A DNA stretch of 63,950 nucleotides, the filler included, from Sphacelaria rigidula (lineage: Eukaryota): assembly GCA_964200075.2 (NCBI GenBank). It is 5 parts of 5 records of this genome, joined end to end, with 100 filler letters (N's around TTAATTAATTAA, not from the genome) between each part and the next. Parts side by side here need not be neighbours in the genome. Positions count along the whole stretch, not along the records: positions 38,434 to 51,143 come from CAXNAA020003485.1; positions 51,244 to 63,950 come from CAXNAA020003486.1; 3 more parts are not named here. The stretch is one strand, 5' to 3'. The notes beneath the pieces are model-generated. The model saw nothing but the letters and a program-made list of their open reading frames with translations. It ran no database searches and was not told the origin of the DNA. The position numbers were made by a program, and so were the translations under genes. Shown one piece after another: positions 49,946-63,620 of the stretch (the first letter of the stretch is position 1; each line of letters starts with the position of its first letter).

Positions 49946-51143
49946 TGTGCGATAACCATTTAATCAATTAATACATCGATCGACCTACGTCAAATCAGTC
50001 ATACATGGACAGGCCTTCCCTTATTCCCTTAGCCCGGTATTACAAATCGATACTCTGTCATACGAGTATGTTTATGACAAACACGTGTGTGTGCATATTT
50101 TCGTCCCATTTACTTTGAACGCCTACACATTCCCGTGATTGTGGGCGCCCTAGCCGGTGTAGCACAGGAAAATAATGCCACAAATGAATTTGTTTGTTTT
50201 TTATCGACCTTCCTTATGCGACGCTTGCCTCGATTTTTATAGTGAGGAGGCTACAGCCATGCCTTCCCCCTGTCGATAGTTGAAGTAAAATCTCTTGTTT
50301 ATTCACAAAGTAATCGCTTTCCACTGTTGAGCATCATGTGAAGAAGAAAAAAGATGAACAGCTCGTGTGACTTCAACGAGGATCGAACTCACAACCTAAC
50401 TGTCACAAGACTTTTGAGATCACCAACCACACCTACGGCGGCGATCAGCTCATACTTCCTCTGTCCCAGAAGTAAAGGTCCTCGTGGGCGTTTAATCGTT
50501 GGGGTATTTCAACGTTGACGATTATCCTATGGTTAGCTTCGTTAGAGAGGTAAAGCGCAGACGAAGCTGATGAAGAGAAAAAAATGAAAAAAAAACTTGT
50601 TTACATCGCTACAATCATGTCGAAATATACCCCATTTTGACCCTTTTCGATCCATTTATGCCTCATCATTGATCGATTGTGGACGTTTTCACGTCGAGCA
50701 CTAGCAATTACATGCTAACAAAATGTTGGATGGGTGGGGTGTGCGTAGGTTAACATCACGGACATGTCCAAAATCAATGGTGATTTCGCGATTTTCCCAT
50801 TTTTTCGCCCATTATCGCGATTTTTAGTGTTCCCGGGTCTCTCATGCTTTCCGGGGAAAATGAGCGAAAAATGGCCGTTTTTGGACCGACCTACATTTTC
50901 TCGGCCGCGCGGCTGCATGGGTCAAGCACCCACGTCGTAGAAAGAACGTTGATTTAGCTGAAAAAAACGCCGACGAATGCAATAAAAATATTGAAAATCA
51001 ATTATCGCACCGTTAAGAGTCCGTGCAATCACAAGGAGCTGTACTCGTGGAAAAGAGGAAGTATATACACATGACTAAAATGGGGGGGGGGGGGGTACTC
51101 ATTTGTTGCTTGCCTTAGTCATTTGACCATTGACAGATCGGAA

Positions 51144-51243
51144 NNNNNNNNNNNNNNNNNNNNNNNNNNNNNNNNNNNNNNNNNNNNTTAATTAATTAAN
51201 NNNNNNNNNNNNNNNNNNNNNNNNNNNNNNNNNNNNNNNNNNN
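51144..51243. other. Artificial contig linker
   Basis: N44-TTAATTAATTAA-N44. Confidence 0.98.
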
Positions 51244-51776
51244 CCGGCTTTGTAGGGATGCGAGGTCAATGGTCTGATGACTATGGCAAGCATGATCATG
51301 AGTACACCCCCCCTGTTGTGCGCGCACAGCATACAACGGGAGCAGTCTCCTGTCTTGTTACGTGGGGCATGAGCACGTGTGTCCATCTTCACGACAATGC
51401 GGTAGTCTCGGACATGACCAAGCGGCATTTGAATCACCACACCCCGTACCTATGTTGTGAGGTCCACGGCGCAGGGGTGGGGATGTGTGAGTGCGGTTTA
51501 ACGTATTAGTGCTTAGCCTCCATTTTTCCCCCACCTCGAACAGTCGATCAGTTTTAGCACAAAGCAACCCCGTCCTTCTATTCTTGAGTATATCACGCAC
51601 GCAGGTGAGAGAGAATGGAGACTTCTCCTCTCACATCCCGTCCCATGTTCCGTGTGGAATCAAGGACCTTTCCCGCTTTGTTTTAAAATATAATCTACTT
51701 CGGCTTAGCTGGTTGCAGCCGGCCGCAATTCATGTCATGCTTTCTCCACATCATGCGCTGTCGGGTGCAACCTCAG

Positions 51777-54700
51777 ACTGGCTGCGGTAAAACACACACG
51801 ATGCAAGGGTACAGCGACCCTCCGGAGCTACGAGGCGTTATCCCTCATTCATTCGACCATATTTTCGAGAATATCAAGGGCAGCGTCGACACCGCCTTTC
51901 TCGTTCGGTGCTGCTATCTGGAGGTGAGAAGAGAGGCACAGCCAACCGCCAGGGACATAACCGATCGCTGGGGCCACAACCAATCGACAGGGACACTGAC
52001 GTATGACAAATATCACACACTGTATTCGGTATCGTTTGCCTCGGCAAACAGGGACCTGCCGAAATGGCACGCACAGAGTAGGTCCTGTAGCTCTTGGAGC
52101 AGAAGTCAGGTTGAAAACCTGACGCATCGCTCTCTTGGATTCTCTGTTGAAGGAGAAATATACTATTTTGGTCAGGTCATAGGCACCTTCATCGATGGAT
52201 AACGACCGCGAATGCATGGTGACCAACTCTCGCGCGAGGGGTAATTTTCCATTTTGCGCTGACAAAATGCTCAATGTAACATCGTGTGGATAATACCACG
52301 CAGAACGGCAAATATTTGCGGTGAGCGTTTGTCGAGGACTTATCACCACACATCGGTAACACATGAGGTGATTGTGCATGCTCCTCCTGAGCATGAGGTC
52401 CCTGGTTCGAACCCTGGCCCCATTCAAGGCTACGAATAAAGCAGTTCCCGAAGTTAAGTACGAAAGAAAACCCGGTAAATCAGTGGGGGGTAAGAAAACG
52501 TATGGGGGGCCAGCAAGCAGATTTCATAGCCACAAACCGATTACGTGCGGGGGTCGTTGGCTGGGTAACCGAAAAAGCGCACGAGACGAGATACATGAAC
52601 ATCTTTGCCGCTAATCGGGAAGAATTCTTACCGGTGCAATCCTCGTATCGTAAAAAGCCGCAAAAAGATGCTCATAAAGGGGGCGGGCAATGTGAGTAGT
52701 AGTACCACATAGGAGTGGAGAATTCCCATAAGTGTCTACCGAGGACTCATCAGACTTTCATAATGGCACCCAATCGAACCTGCTACACCCACCCACCGAG
52801 CGCAGATTTACAACGAAGAGGTGCGGGATCTGCTAGGTACAGGAGACAAAAAAAACAAGTTGGAGCTGAAAGAAGACCAAAACAGGGGCGTTTACGTCAA
52901 GGTAAATACATACTGTTTTGTAAATACCGAGGGAACGTGCACGATAGTCGCCAGCCAGCGGAGGAGAGAAACGATAGGCGGACAAAATCGCGATGAAAGT
53001 AACGGTTCAAGCTCGATCGCGGAGATAACATGTATACGAATCCCCACCACTAGGAGCGGGACCACATCCCGTCTTGCTGAGCCGCATCGCCTGCGTATCC
53101 TCCGGAACCAGCCGTCATTAATGCCCCAGGCCCCGTTTCGACCATGTTTTTGCTTGAGCCCGAGGGGACTCGTGTGTGATATGCAATTAACTAACAGAGG
53201 TTAAACTTAGTCACCTTACGCGTCATTCACCGCGTGACTCTCACCCTCTTGCTCCTGGTTCTGGCCCACATGGACAATGCTACAGGATTTAACGCAGGCG
53301 ATCGTTAGCGACCAGGAAGGCATCAACCGTCTGATGGAGCAGGGGCAGAGGATGAGGACGGTAGGTGCGACGGCAATGAACGAGACATCTTCGCGTTCTC
53401 ACTCCATATTCACCATCGTGGTGGAGATGAACGATATGGACGATGCAGGAAAAGACCACATCAGAGTGGGAAAGGTGGGCTCGTTGTACTGTATATCCAT
53501 GGTGCGTGATAACACGAACTGACGCTGTCACGGATGTAGATCGCTTGTGAGGGCACAGACGCCAACACTTGATGGTGCTCGGAATGGATAAGATGTTTAA
53601 CACTCGAAAAGAGGCGATTAGCAGGGCATCAGCCATGTAGTTCTATATTTAGTTTTGTCGCGTAGACTCGTCGAAGTTATGACAAAACAAATGCCCGTGC
53701 ACATGCAGAAGGTTCGACATGTTCGCCGCGCGATATCTACCGATTTTCCAGCGGCAGTTGCTAACCCGGCGTGGCACGTTTCGCTCTTTCCTCTGCTGCG
53801 GGTGGACAATGGGCGTACATGTGTTGATAACTGGTCCGGCAGCTCAATTTGGTTGATCTTGCAGGTTCTGAACGTGCGAGCAAGACGGGGGCATCTGGCG
53901 ACCGGTTGAAGGAGGGGTGTAAAATTAATCTGTCCCTCTCGGCCTTGGGAAATGTGATATCGGCTCTTGTGGATGGGAAGGGGAAGCATATCCCATATCG
54001 AGACTCTAAGCTCACGCGACTGCTGCAGGACAGGTGCGATACTGAGACTGTCGTCGTTGCCAACAGTGCTTATCAGCGGGCCAGTCAGTGTTTCTTGTAT
54101 TTTTTGCGAGAAATGGCGAACTTCCGTGTTTTCTGTGTCGAGGACGCTCTATTCAACGTCTGCGAACACAACTTCTCATATATCGTGTATCACATTTCGT
54201 GCAGTCATTCCGCAGAGCGTACCCGCCGGTGGAAGTCAGCGGGCACGGGTGCATAGCAATACTCCGAGTATCTCTGCACGATCCCCTTCTCTTTTTCATT
54301 CGTGGTTTCCGCCTGCTCGGCAAGGGGTCACCCAACTGTGCTAACCCTCAACCGGCATTTTTGGCGTTTGGCGGGATATCTTGAAACGCGTCGTCGGACA
54401 GTCTCGGAGGTAACACGAAGACCCTGATGGTGGCGGCGATATCCCCTGCTGATTACAACTACGAAGAAACGCTCTCCACTCTCAGGTACATTATCGAGTA
54501 GTAGTGCTGTTATGTCCTTTATTATCTTCTCTCTTCCATTCTTCCGGTGTACATTTTTAGCAGATCTGGCGTTTGTTGTTTGTTTGATGTTTATCTGTTT
54601 TCTGTTTTTTTCTCCCTGTTGAACTCGGGGGAGCTACTTCTCACCGGTTTTCGTGGCGTCTCTCTTATTACTTTTATTGTTGGTAATATGTCTTGTAAGG

Positions 54701-54781
54701 AAAAGCAAGAGCGGTATTGGAAAGGCGAGCGTGCGTCTTTGACCACGGGTTCGCGAGATCGGACTAATGTGCGGAAATAAC

Positions 54782-54824
<43 letters not shown>

Positions 54825-57647
54825 GCAGTAAGAATAGTAATAATAATTTTAAATGCAGTCGGTACAGCGTTTGGGTTATTTTCTATCCAGACGCAGGGAG
54901 AAGCGTATCATACGATATACGCCTGAGGTGCTGTCCTCGTCTTCCAGCAATATGGTTGACGAAAAACGCCCGCGATTGGTGGAGGAGGAGCGACGAGAAA
55001 TGGAAAGAGTAAACACACGAAACGAAATTGTGAGGGTTTCAGGGTTCTCGTTCACTGTGTGACACCTCCCTTGTCTCAATTGATGAAAAGGCGCTGCGTT
55101 GCTGCTAACCAGGGCCTGCTCGCTGCCTCGTTTTCTCGCCTTCGACGAAGCAAAGGTATGCTAACCGCGCGAAGAACATCAAAAACAAGCCGAAAATTAA
55201 CGAAGATCCGAAAGACGCCATGCTTCGGCAGTATAAGGTATGGTCGGACAGTACAAGGCACGCAAGTCAGTGCAAAATACATTACTGCGCTATGTTGTAC
55301 GATCAAATGCAGCAACCGCTCACCTCGTAAGGTACATCTGAATCGCTGGTACACTTTTCCAAGGTAACCGGTCACTTGTTAGCAGCTCCTGTGACTGAGT
55401 CGCTGTATCGACCCGGCCACCCAGCAATTGCAGGGCGCACACGTAGTTCAAGACGGCGTCAACTTCTCTATTTCCTGCCTTGCTATTCCGGCCACCCTTT
55501 TCTCTTGAAATTATTGTCTCAGGAGGAGATTGAACTACTAAAGCAGCAGTTGGCGCAAGCTTCATCCCTAGCCACCAGCAACTCGGCGACCGCCCTAAGC
55601 AGTCCCACCGTTGCCGCCGCGGCCGCCGCCCCGACGAGATCTTTGTCCGCTTCGGCTAGCACCAGACAAGATCCATCGAATGAACGCCCATCCTCTTCAC
55701 CCGAACCGCCAGAAAATGTCGCGGCAGACGTAATGACAAGCTCCGATGGCGCTCTGAAGCAGGCTGACGAAGAATTTCTACCAGACGGCGCTATGGCACA
55801 CAACGCTAGCGTGGCTACGACCCCTGCCACAGCACCCCACGCGTCCGAGGGAGCTCAAGAAGCTGGGTTACCTGCAACACAGTACAGCCTTGAGGAAACC
55901 GCGGTGGTGGGGCCGGGCAGCGGCGAGGGATCCGAGGAGGCGATGTTGGGGCCGTCGCCTGAAGCGCCGAACCAGGAGGAGGTGGTGGAAAGGGTGGTTG
56001 TTGAAGAGAAGGTGAGTACGGTTGTAAGCGAGAGCGGTATACCGATGCTTTGGCGTTTGATACTGAGAATATGTGTGCATAGTATGTAGCTCTAGGAATG
56101 AAGAAGTAATCAATGCACACGAGTTGAGAACGAAAGGTTATCTCTTTGTACGAACGCCGCTCACGGTAGGATGTGACCAACCCATTTCCCCAATGCTTTT
56201 AACTCATTTTATTTTATTTGACACATTGGAGGAGAGCAGCTGGAAGCGCACGTCGCGTGTTTCCCACAAAGATACCCCCTCCGTCGGCCTAGCTTTTTGC
56301 ACCGGAGCTTTTGTTGTAGAGGCACAGACATATTAATCTGAGCGTATAAATCTTGTGCGTAGAAACCTCGTGCTACTCCAAACAGGTTCTGGCTTCTCCC
56401 CCCCAACACTCAAGGTGATAGTGCAAAAAGTGGAGGTGGAGGTCGAGGTCGAGTCACAGAGGATGCTGCAGCAGAGACAAGCGCTAGAGAGCTACAGTAA
56501 AGCTGTGGAGGAGCAGAGAAATAGATTGGGTCAGGTGAATAAAAGGGCTTCGATTATCTCAAGCATCATTGCGCACCTCTGTTTTCTTTGTCACGCGGTT
56601 CTATCGCCCCCCTCCCCCTCATTGTTTACGCATGCATCGTGTCTCTAGTGTCTACGGGGTCGCTTTTTAAAGACACCAAGTGACCTGGACAGGGTTTCAA
56701 AATTGTATTGTCGTTCTAGACGGTGAAACAATCGGGATGAATCCACGGAAGCACTGGACGGTAAAATGTCCCGTATTCAGAGAGATGGACGCGCCGGGAC
56801 ATACGAGCAACAGTAGACCACAGCGGACGCTCCTGTTGCCAGGGATTCCGCCTTTGGGCATTGAGTATAGCCCAGAGGTCACGCTGCAAAGTGTGTATCT
56901 ATCTGTACCTCCTGAGTGACACAGCGCGAATTTTTCACTACTAGGCCCCTCACCAGGAATACAGGACTAGCGTACAATGGGATCGACGAAACAACCCCGG
57001 GTCATTCGTCCAATTGTTGCTTGCGTTGTGAGACGTGAGACGTAGCTGACCGGCACGATGGCAGGAATTGGAGACATCCGTGATTCGAGCTGACGTGGAG
57101 AGACAGGCGGCGGAGGAGATGGCTAGAAAGCTCGACGCCCTGCAACGTAAGGTACAGCGCAATAAACGTTCGTCGTCACGTTGCTGCCGTTCATGTACTG
57201 GGCACTCCAAATTGATTGGTTTTGAGAAAGGGACGACACAGGCAGGCGTAAACCACAGAAAATAGACACAGGCAGGCAGGCAGGCAGAGAGACAGACAAC
57301 ACCGCCAAACATAGCTCACGCCCCCGAGAAAGATAGCTAGGAAAGATAAGAAACACAGGCACGCATCATTATGCCCAACAAACCGTCGTCAGGTGATCGG
57401 CCTATCCTCCACGGGAGCAAGCACTCGGCAGCTCAGAAGGAAATCAACAGCCGACGATGCTGACGGGATGGTGGCGATGAAGGAAGGGGGAAGGAGAGGG
57501 GAAGTTGCGGGGGGCGTAGGGGATGGAGACGCCTTCTCTGGGTCTCCATCCAGCGGAGTGCAGATGGCGGACGCGGAGGTCATTATCGCCCGCCGAAATG
57601 CCGAGCATCGAAGGATGCAGGTGTGTGCGTGCGTGTGTGTGTGCTGC

Positions 57648-57686
<39 letters not shown>

Positions 57687-60600
57687 TGTGTGCGTGTGTA
57701 TTTTCCGTGGTATGTTGGCAGCAGCGTGAGTCAACCCGTGCTCGTCACCCGTTGATTTATCATCATTGCGTTGTGCACTTGCTTTGTTCTGTTACTGTTG
57801 CTCGTGTGTGCGAATGCGTCTCGTTTGTTTTGATTTCCTTTTGCTGTAACTTGACGACTAACGAGCGCCGCAATTTTGGTCGGTGAGTCGTTATCAGATC
57901 GTCTGTGTCTGTATACCTCATTATGCAGGGGTGTTTTCGCTTGCGCGGGGCGCAACGCTATCGCGTCCCGGCCGTCAAGCTTGTACATCGCCACTATGTT
58001 GGGCAGTCTCTTGTGGAGCAAAATCCTCACGATAGAGTTTCGTTTTTTCAAATTCTCGTTATCCGAGAACGTGAAGACGAGGTTTGGCACGCCGGTAAAA
58101 TGGAGGTCCTCGGAAGTGCCAGTCCCTTGCTCGACAACTATGCGAACGGTGCCAAGAGAGAGATGCGCTGATTCCTTATTGAGATTAGGGATCCGTCCCG
58201 AGAGAAGCGGGGGGGTTGGAAGTACGCCAAAGAAGAAACCAATGCTACGTGTACGGCGATTCTTGATGTTTTTGTTCTTGTCCTGTAGTGAGGCCACAAG
58301 ACTGCTTCGCCAACTCTCTTGCCTCACTCAATGTTTTTCGCGCGGTTCCACATAGACGAGCGTACGGTTTCACTGCTACAACGACGATTTTGTTATTTTG
58401 TTTGCCGTCGCCTTCGCTACCCCTCTCGTTTCGCTAGGCCAAGCTGCGACAAAAACGCAGGAAGGAATCGCGACTTGAGCTGGAGCGAATGCGTGCTTTG
58501 GAGGAAAAAGCTGAGGTTGGGTGTTCCGCAGCAACGACAACACGTCGTTTTCAATGTTTAACGTCTACATCGGCGGTAGCATCTGGTTGTTGATATTTGA
58601 TTCCTGCGAATCACCACACAAATTCCTGGTCTACGTTCCTGCCTGGGTCCTTGGTTGGTACGTGGTGCTCGGCGCAATGTAGTATGATGATTCCTGACGA
58701 TGAAATATGAGTGATCGGGTTGACGTATCGGAGCGATTTTCCTCCTGAGTGTGATCGACCGTGCCACCCGTCCCAGCCCTCAACACCGTGAGTTTTTCAA
58801 TGTCAATCTCCCCGTGGGAGGCGGAAGGACACGAACGTTCCCCACCTAGCCTATGTCATTGACACCAGCCATTTAAGCAAACACTCGTAGGTGCAGGGGA
58901 ACAACTGGATTTGCCTCGAAAAAAAAGGAAATGAGGCTGGTGTGCCAAACGCGAGCGGGGACTGGACTTCGTGCACCCCGCAATGTACACACCCTGGTAT
59001 TGCTGTTTGATTGATAAAAACTCGGACGCCCGCGTCCGTGTCACTACTAATAACGTTTTTCTCTTCAGGTTGAGAAGGAAATGGCTGACGTGGTCGGACA
59101 AGCCGAACAAAAGGAGCGAAGACTCAACAAGTCCCGCAAGAAACTGGAAAGGAGATTGGTGCGTGGGTGACCCTCTGCAAGCCAATACGTGCTTACAAGG
59201 GATCAGACAGAGCCCATGGGCTCCAGGGGAAACAACTATCTTGATTGATATGTTTGGATGTGAATATAGCTATCATTCCCATAAATGACCAGACCAACAC
59301 CGTTCTAGAAGGCATGCTTTGTCCACCGCGGTCGCCGAGTAGAACTCCTAACGGAGTGTGCAGGCATCGCCGGCTTCCATGGCTTGTCGTCGCCGCATGG
59401 TTTTCCGCCAGGTAGAAGATCCATGGAGGTCCCTCGGAGCACCTGCATGTTACCGCTGTCAGAAAAACACGAAAAAACACACCGGTGTTTTTTATTCAGC
59501 GTAATGACGAAAGTCACTCGTCGAAATCAAGATGATGGGCAGTTTACCGTTTGCTGCGGACTCGTCGCGTAGACCCCTACGTAAAGGTACAAGTGCGCCG
59601 CTGCGTAATGGCAGTATATAAGTGTTGATGGTAGCAGGTAATCAAGCGCAAGCTTCGTAGCATTCCTGGCTTCACTTGGTACCGGCTCGTCGCCATATTT
59701 GAATACCAGTACTGTAGAAATTGCGTTTTTGCAATATACAAAATGGCTGACGTCGTTTGGTGCGCTGACACTACCGCATGACAGGAGGAGGCTCGCGCGG
59801 AAATCGAAGATCTTGCCGCAGAGCACGAGAGGGAACGCGAGGAGCTTCTAGACTCCATCAGGAACCAGAACAAGGAGCTTCAGCTGTGGGAACAGGTCCG
59901 GCAAAGCACGCTGTCCGCAAACAAGCGCTGAAATTTCAGACGGTCTGCTTGTGTGTTCCTGATTCCGTGGTTACTCGTTGGTGCAGTCAAGAGACCTGGA
60001 GGACAACTCAACATATGACGCCGCCTGAGCTCGATGTACGGCAAGAAGTCAAATTATCTCTTCACCCCGAAAAGCATTTTCCATACCACTACAAAATTCG
60101 ACTGAATGATCGACGAGGGAAAGGGACTGCTGAACCCCTCTTGTGATAAAAAACATAGGCAAGCACCGCAGAAGGAAGGTGGAGAAGTCAAAACAAGCAA
60201 CAAAAAAAACAATTCCTGTGTTGGCCTTCGTCCTGTGTGACCCCAGCTGGTGCGCCCAAATATACCGAACGGTGTAGACCGGCGTCCAGAATAGATGGGG
60301 TGACAACACCATTCTGGGCGGTGCATCGAGAGTATCAGTGTGATGGATCTATGTCCTTCAAAAGGTCCGCTAGCACGTGTATTTCGTTCTTGACGATCAG
60401 CAATTCTGTCGTTCCGTTCTATCGAAACTGCATCTTGATTAAGTCAGTACTGCGCCTTTACCTCACACCAGGTAGCCCCCGACATCCTACAAGCGCTTGA
60501 AGCCACAAGCCTTTACGTCACCACGCGGTTATGTCACCTCCCGCCGACCTCTACTTCAGGTGGTCCATCAAATTCTGCCATCGAAAGAGATAGCTCGCAT

Positions 60601-62104
60601 CTGGGAGAGAGGAGAGTATGACGACGACGAACAGACATGGATTCTACCACGCATCAAGCCGCGGTCGACTTACGGTGGGGACACTTACAAGCTCCCTCTT
60701 ATTGTTAACCCTTCTGGTGGTATCGGAACTTCGGCGGGTGGGGGCGCCGATGACGATGCCAGCAGCCAGGCAAGAACTACCACATCTGGCATCTGGTTTA
60801 TCTCAGCGGGCAGAAAATCTGATCTGAACGCGAGCGCATGGTGGGGAAAAGACATCTCGTCCCGTGCCTTGGAGATGTGTCATGGCCAACTGGACGTGCT
60901 CCTGCCAAAACAAGTTGTCAACAGGAAACAGAGCTGGGCACCGTTTTTTCATCCCGTATACAGTAGTGGACATTGTTTCGATGCTCACAGACACCAACTA
61001 CGTGTCGTGTATCAGCGTACAATACATCGATCCATGATGTGTGTCGTACTTCTAGGCCTTCCACTAGCCTGGTCCGGCGAGAACCCGGCGTGCTCCGTCC
61101 CGACTTCCTAGGGGCGGACCCCCGATGGGGTTGGNNNNNNNNNNCTCATTGCGTGAGCGAAGCAACCAGGTTACCGTTTTTTTTGCGCGCTTGCGTTTGT
61201 TTTGCGGTAACCATGATGGTAGTCGAGCTGGATCATATTGTGCGGCGTGGGAGAACCTCAACTCCGCACAACGGCGATGATGGTATACGCGGTGTTTAAT
61301 GGTGAGACATACATGAGGCAGTGTATAAGCCGTGGCTGTCTCTGGAAGTGGCGATACCAGGAAATAAAGCAATGCATTGGAGGCTATATTCCAAATGCAA
61401 GATAATCAGTAGGCTTCGGGCCGGACAATCCTGGCAAGATGCAGCTCACCCTTTATGCGACTCGCCGAACATACCACGGTGCTTCGCGCTTGGTGATTGA
61501 GTGCGGGCCTGGTCCGGCGAAAACCCGCCGTGCTCCGTCCCGGCCTTGTATGGATGCGAGGTCAATGGTCTGATGACCATGGCATGCAAGATCATGAGTA
61601 CACCACCACGCGTTGCGCGCATGTATCATCAAAGCCGTGGAGAAGGCATGCACGTAATTTTTTTTTTTCTTGCCACGCTCGCGGTTGAAGTGTGACACTG
61701 AAGTGATAACACACACAATATATATATACTGAAGAATTTGTATCGTTCTCGCGGTGAGTGACTCCGCCCAAGACTTGTAACGCCATACGGGCAGGGAAGA
61801 TAGAGTATTGCTGGTAAACCTAGCAGTGCACAGACGCCTCACAATATCCACCGACTCGTTCATCCTTCGTTTGATACACTCACACATTGGTAGCAGCCAC
61901 CACAGCCGCTAGTGGAAAAAATCAAGAAAAAAAAACGTCTATGCTATTGCATTCCTTCCTACCTTGGGAACCAACAGGCTAGCGGGGGACGGAAGGAACG
62001 GAACCGGGATGGAGGAAGGATCAGCACGAGCGGGACTGAAGCGACATTCCAAGGAGGGACTATGCGCGACTCTGGCGGTAGACGATCTGTGTCATCGAAG
62101 CCAG
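51777..62104 (+). CDS. Kinesin-2 family motor protein (KIF3/KIF17-like), partial: N-terminal exons absent from this contig
   Basis: In-frame exons 51777-51923, 52806-52901, 53286-53474, 53843-54033, 54402-54485, 55156-55237, 55523-56011, 56415-56534, 57065-57151, 57393-57620, 58438-58515, 59069-59158, 59785-59895, 60560-60769 (GC donor) and tentatively 61978-62104. Motifs: P-loop [41 protein letters not shown], kinesin-2 neck [18 protein letters not shown] and stalk [15 protein letters not shown]. Confidence 0.95.
54777..54824. repeat. (AAT)n microsatellite, intronic
   Basis: Near-perfect AAT run. Confidence 0.95.
56716..59711 (-). CDS. Candidate antisense multi-exon gene nested in kinesin introns, unknown product
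   Basis: Segments 59711-59581, 59442-59301, 58744-58643 (GC donor), 58282-57917 and 56832-56716 have CAG acceptors, chain in frame to a TAG, and avoid kinesin exons. No homology recognised. Confidence 0.35.
57621..57700. repeat. (GT)n microsatellite starting at an intron donor
   Basis: Imperfect GT/GCGT run directly after exon 57393-57620. Confidence 0.9.
61066..61605 (-). repeat. G-run/TACTCAT family B element, long copy
   Basis: Homologous to 15800-16110 plus 17621-17770 and to 23085-23440; internal direct repeat at 61067-61102 and 61507-61542. Confidence 0.7.
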
Positions 62105-62699
62105 GTGGGAAGGAAGGAACCAAGAGGAGAGAGAGTATCAACAGTCGAGCCTGTGGTGGCAGTGTTTGTGGTTGTAAGAAGTATCTATTGCAATTGCGTG
62201 GTCTGACAGACGATATTGGGCCAGCGGAGGGTGGTTGGCGGTGGTGAGAATTCTATTGGTTTATCCGCACCACTTTCTGAAAACGATATGCGCAAAGTAG
62301 ACAACGAGTTGAATAATGTATGAAAGAGAGGAGAGATATTGAATGCGTTGTCGACAGCTCATGGCATCGCGTAGATGGCTCCGTGTCTGGCTCGCTTCTC
62401 TACGGTCTTTCAGGGAGATACATCAGCGGTGCCGTGGGCGACCGTGTTTGCGCCCTTTCTCTCGTTCTCGTGACTTGGTCGCTGAGAAAATACGACACAA
62501 CTAGCAGATAACTTAGTTAGGGTCCGCTTGACCCTTTCGCAATGGAGTATTTGCTCATGAGCACTACCTTTCTTTGATACCTTATGCCATACTATTTATG
62601 ACGAAAACATGGACCATACGGTTCGCAACATGAAAGCCACGGCGAAAGTCTCCACCCGTACGTTTTTAACACGGAATTTTACACATTGGGGATGGATTT

Positions 62700-63080
62700 T
62701 TTTATCGGGGATGAGAAACCCGGAGTATAAAAACTTCGTATCCACACCAAATCTCCAGAATGTGGTCCCATTTTTTCACTTGCTGGTAGCTATTGACAAC
62801 TACTACTTGCCGTACAAGTTTGAATTTCGATAACCAAAATATTGGGGTTCTAGGTAAAGAATAAATTTTGGGAATTTTCGGCGATCTGATTGGATCATCT
62901 AAATTCCCCAAAATTGTTTCTGAACCTAGAACCCCAACATGTCGGTTATCAGAATTTATATTTGTATGGCGCGTAGTAGTTGTCAATAGCCATCAGTAGG
63001 TGAAGGAGTAGAACTATATCTCCAAGATTTGGTGTGGATACGAAGATTTTAATCCTCCGAGTTCTCATCCTCAATCAAAA
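62700..63080. mobile_element. Palindromic foldback MITE, same family as 34535-34974
   Basis: Self-complementary arms; shares CTTCGYATCCACACCAA and GTAGTAGTTGTCAAT with the 34.5-kb copy. Confidence 0.8.
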
Positions 63081-63620
63081 ACACATGGTCAATATACAAA
63101 AAAGGGTACACCCTGGTACTTCTGGAACGAAAAAGGGTAACTCTGCACGCGGGCTGAACACCTCGAAAATACGTTCCAGCGCCTCAACCCCACGCCCAAG
63201 GTGTCTGGGCAGCATACCCGCCCATTTCTTTCATTTTCACAAGTGTTACTGGGCTGAACTACTGCGCCGAGAATGAAAGCCTGTGAGAGTACCCTGTTTT
63301 GTAAGCAAACCAGGAGGGTACACTCTGCCCTCTGCTTAAAAGTTATGTTTTACCATTTTTTGCTTTCCTGTTGACCCTTTTATGTGAAGTAGTGACCCTT
63401 TCTTGTGAAGTGGTAACCCCTTCTTGTGAAGTGGTGACTGTACCGCCGTCTCAGCACAAGTTACGCCGAGCAGTCACAACCATAGCCATTTTCGGTAAAT
63501 TACACCCCACCAAAAAAGGCCGAAACCCAAACGACCAGAAGAGTGTAGCCCCCCTGTTGGTCGATCCGAAGACCCGGCAGATCCAACGATGCATACAGGT
63601 CGCTTGTGTGACGGAGCTAA

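Noticed and set aside
61560..61600. Hammerhead ribozyme core (CTGATGA) in repeat family B
   Set aside because: No GAAA after the putative stem II, and CTGATGA is not conserved in other copies.
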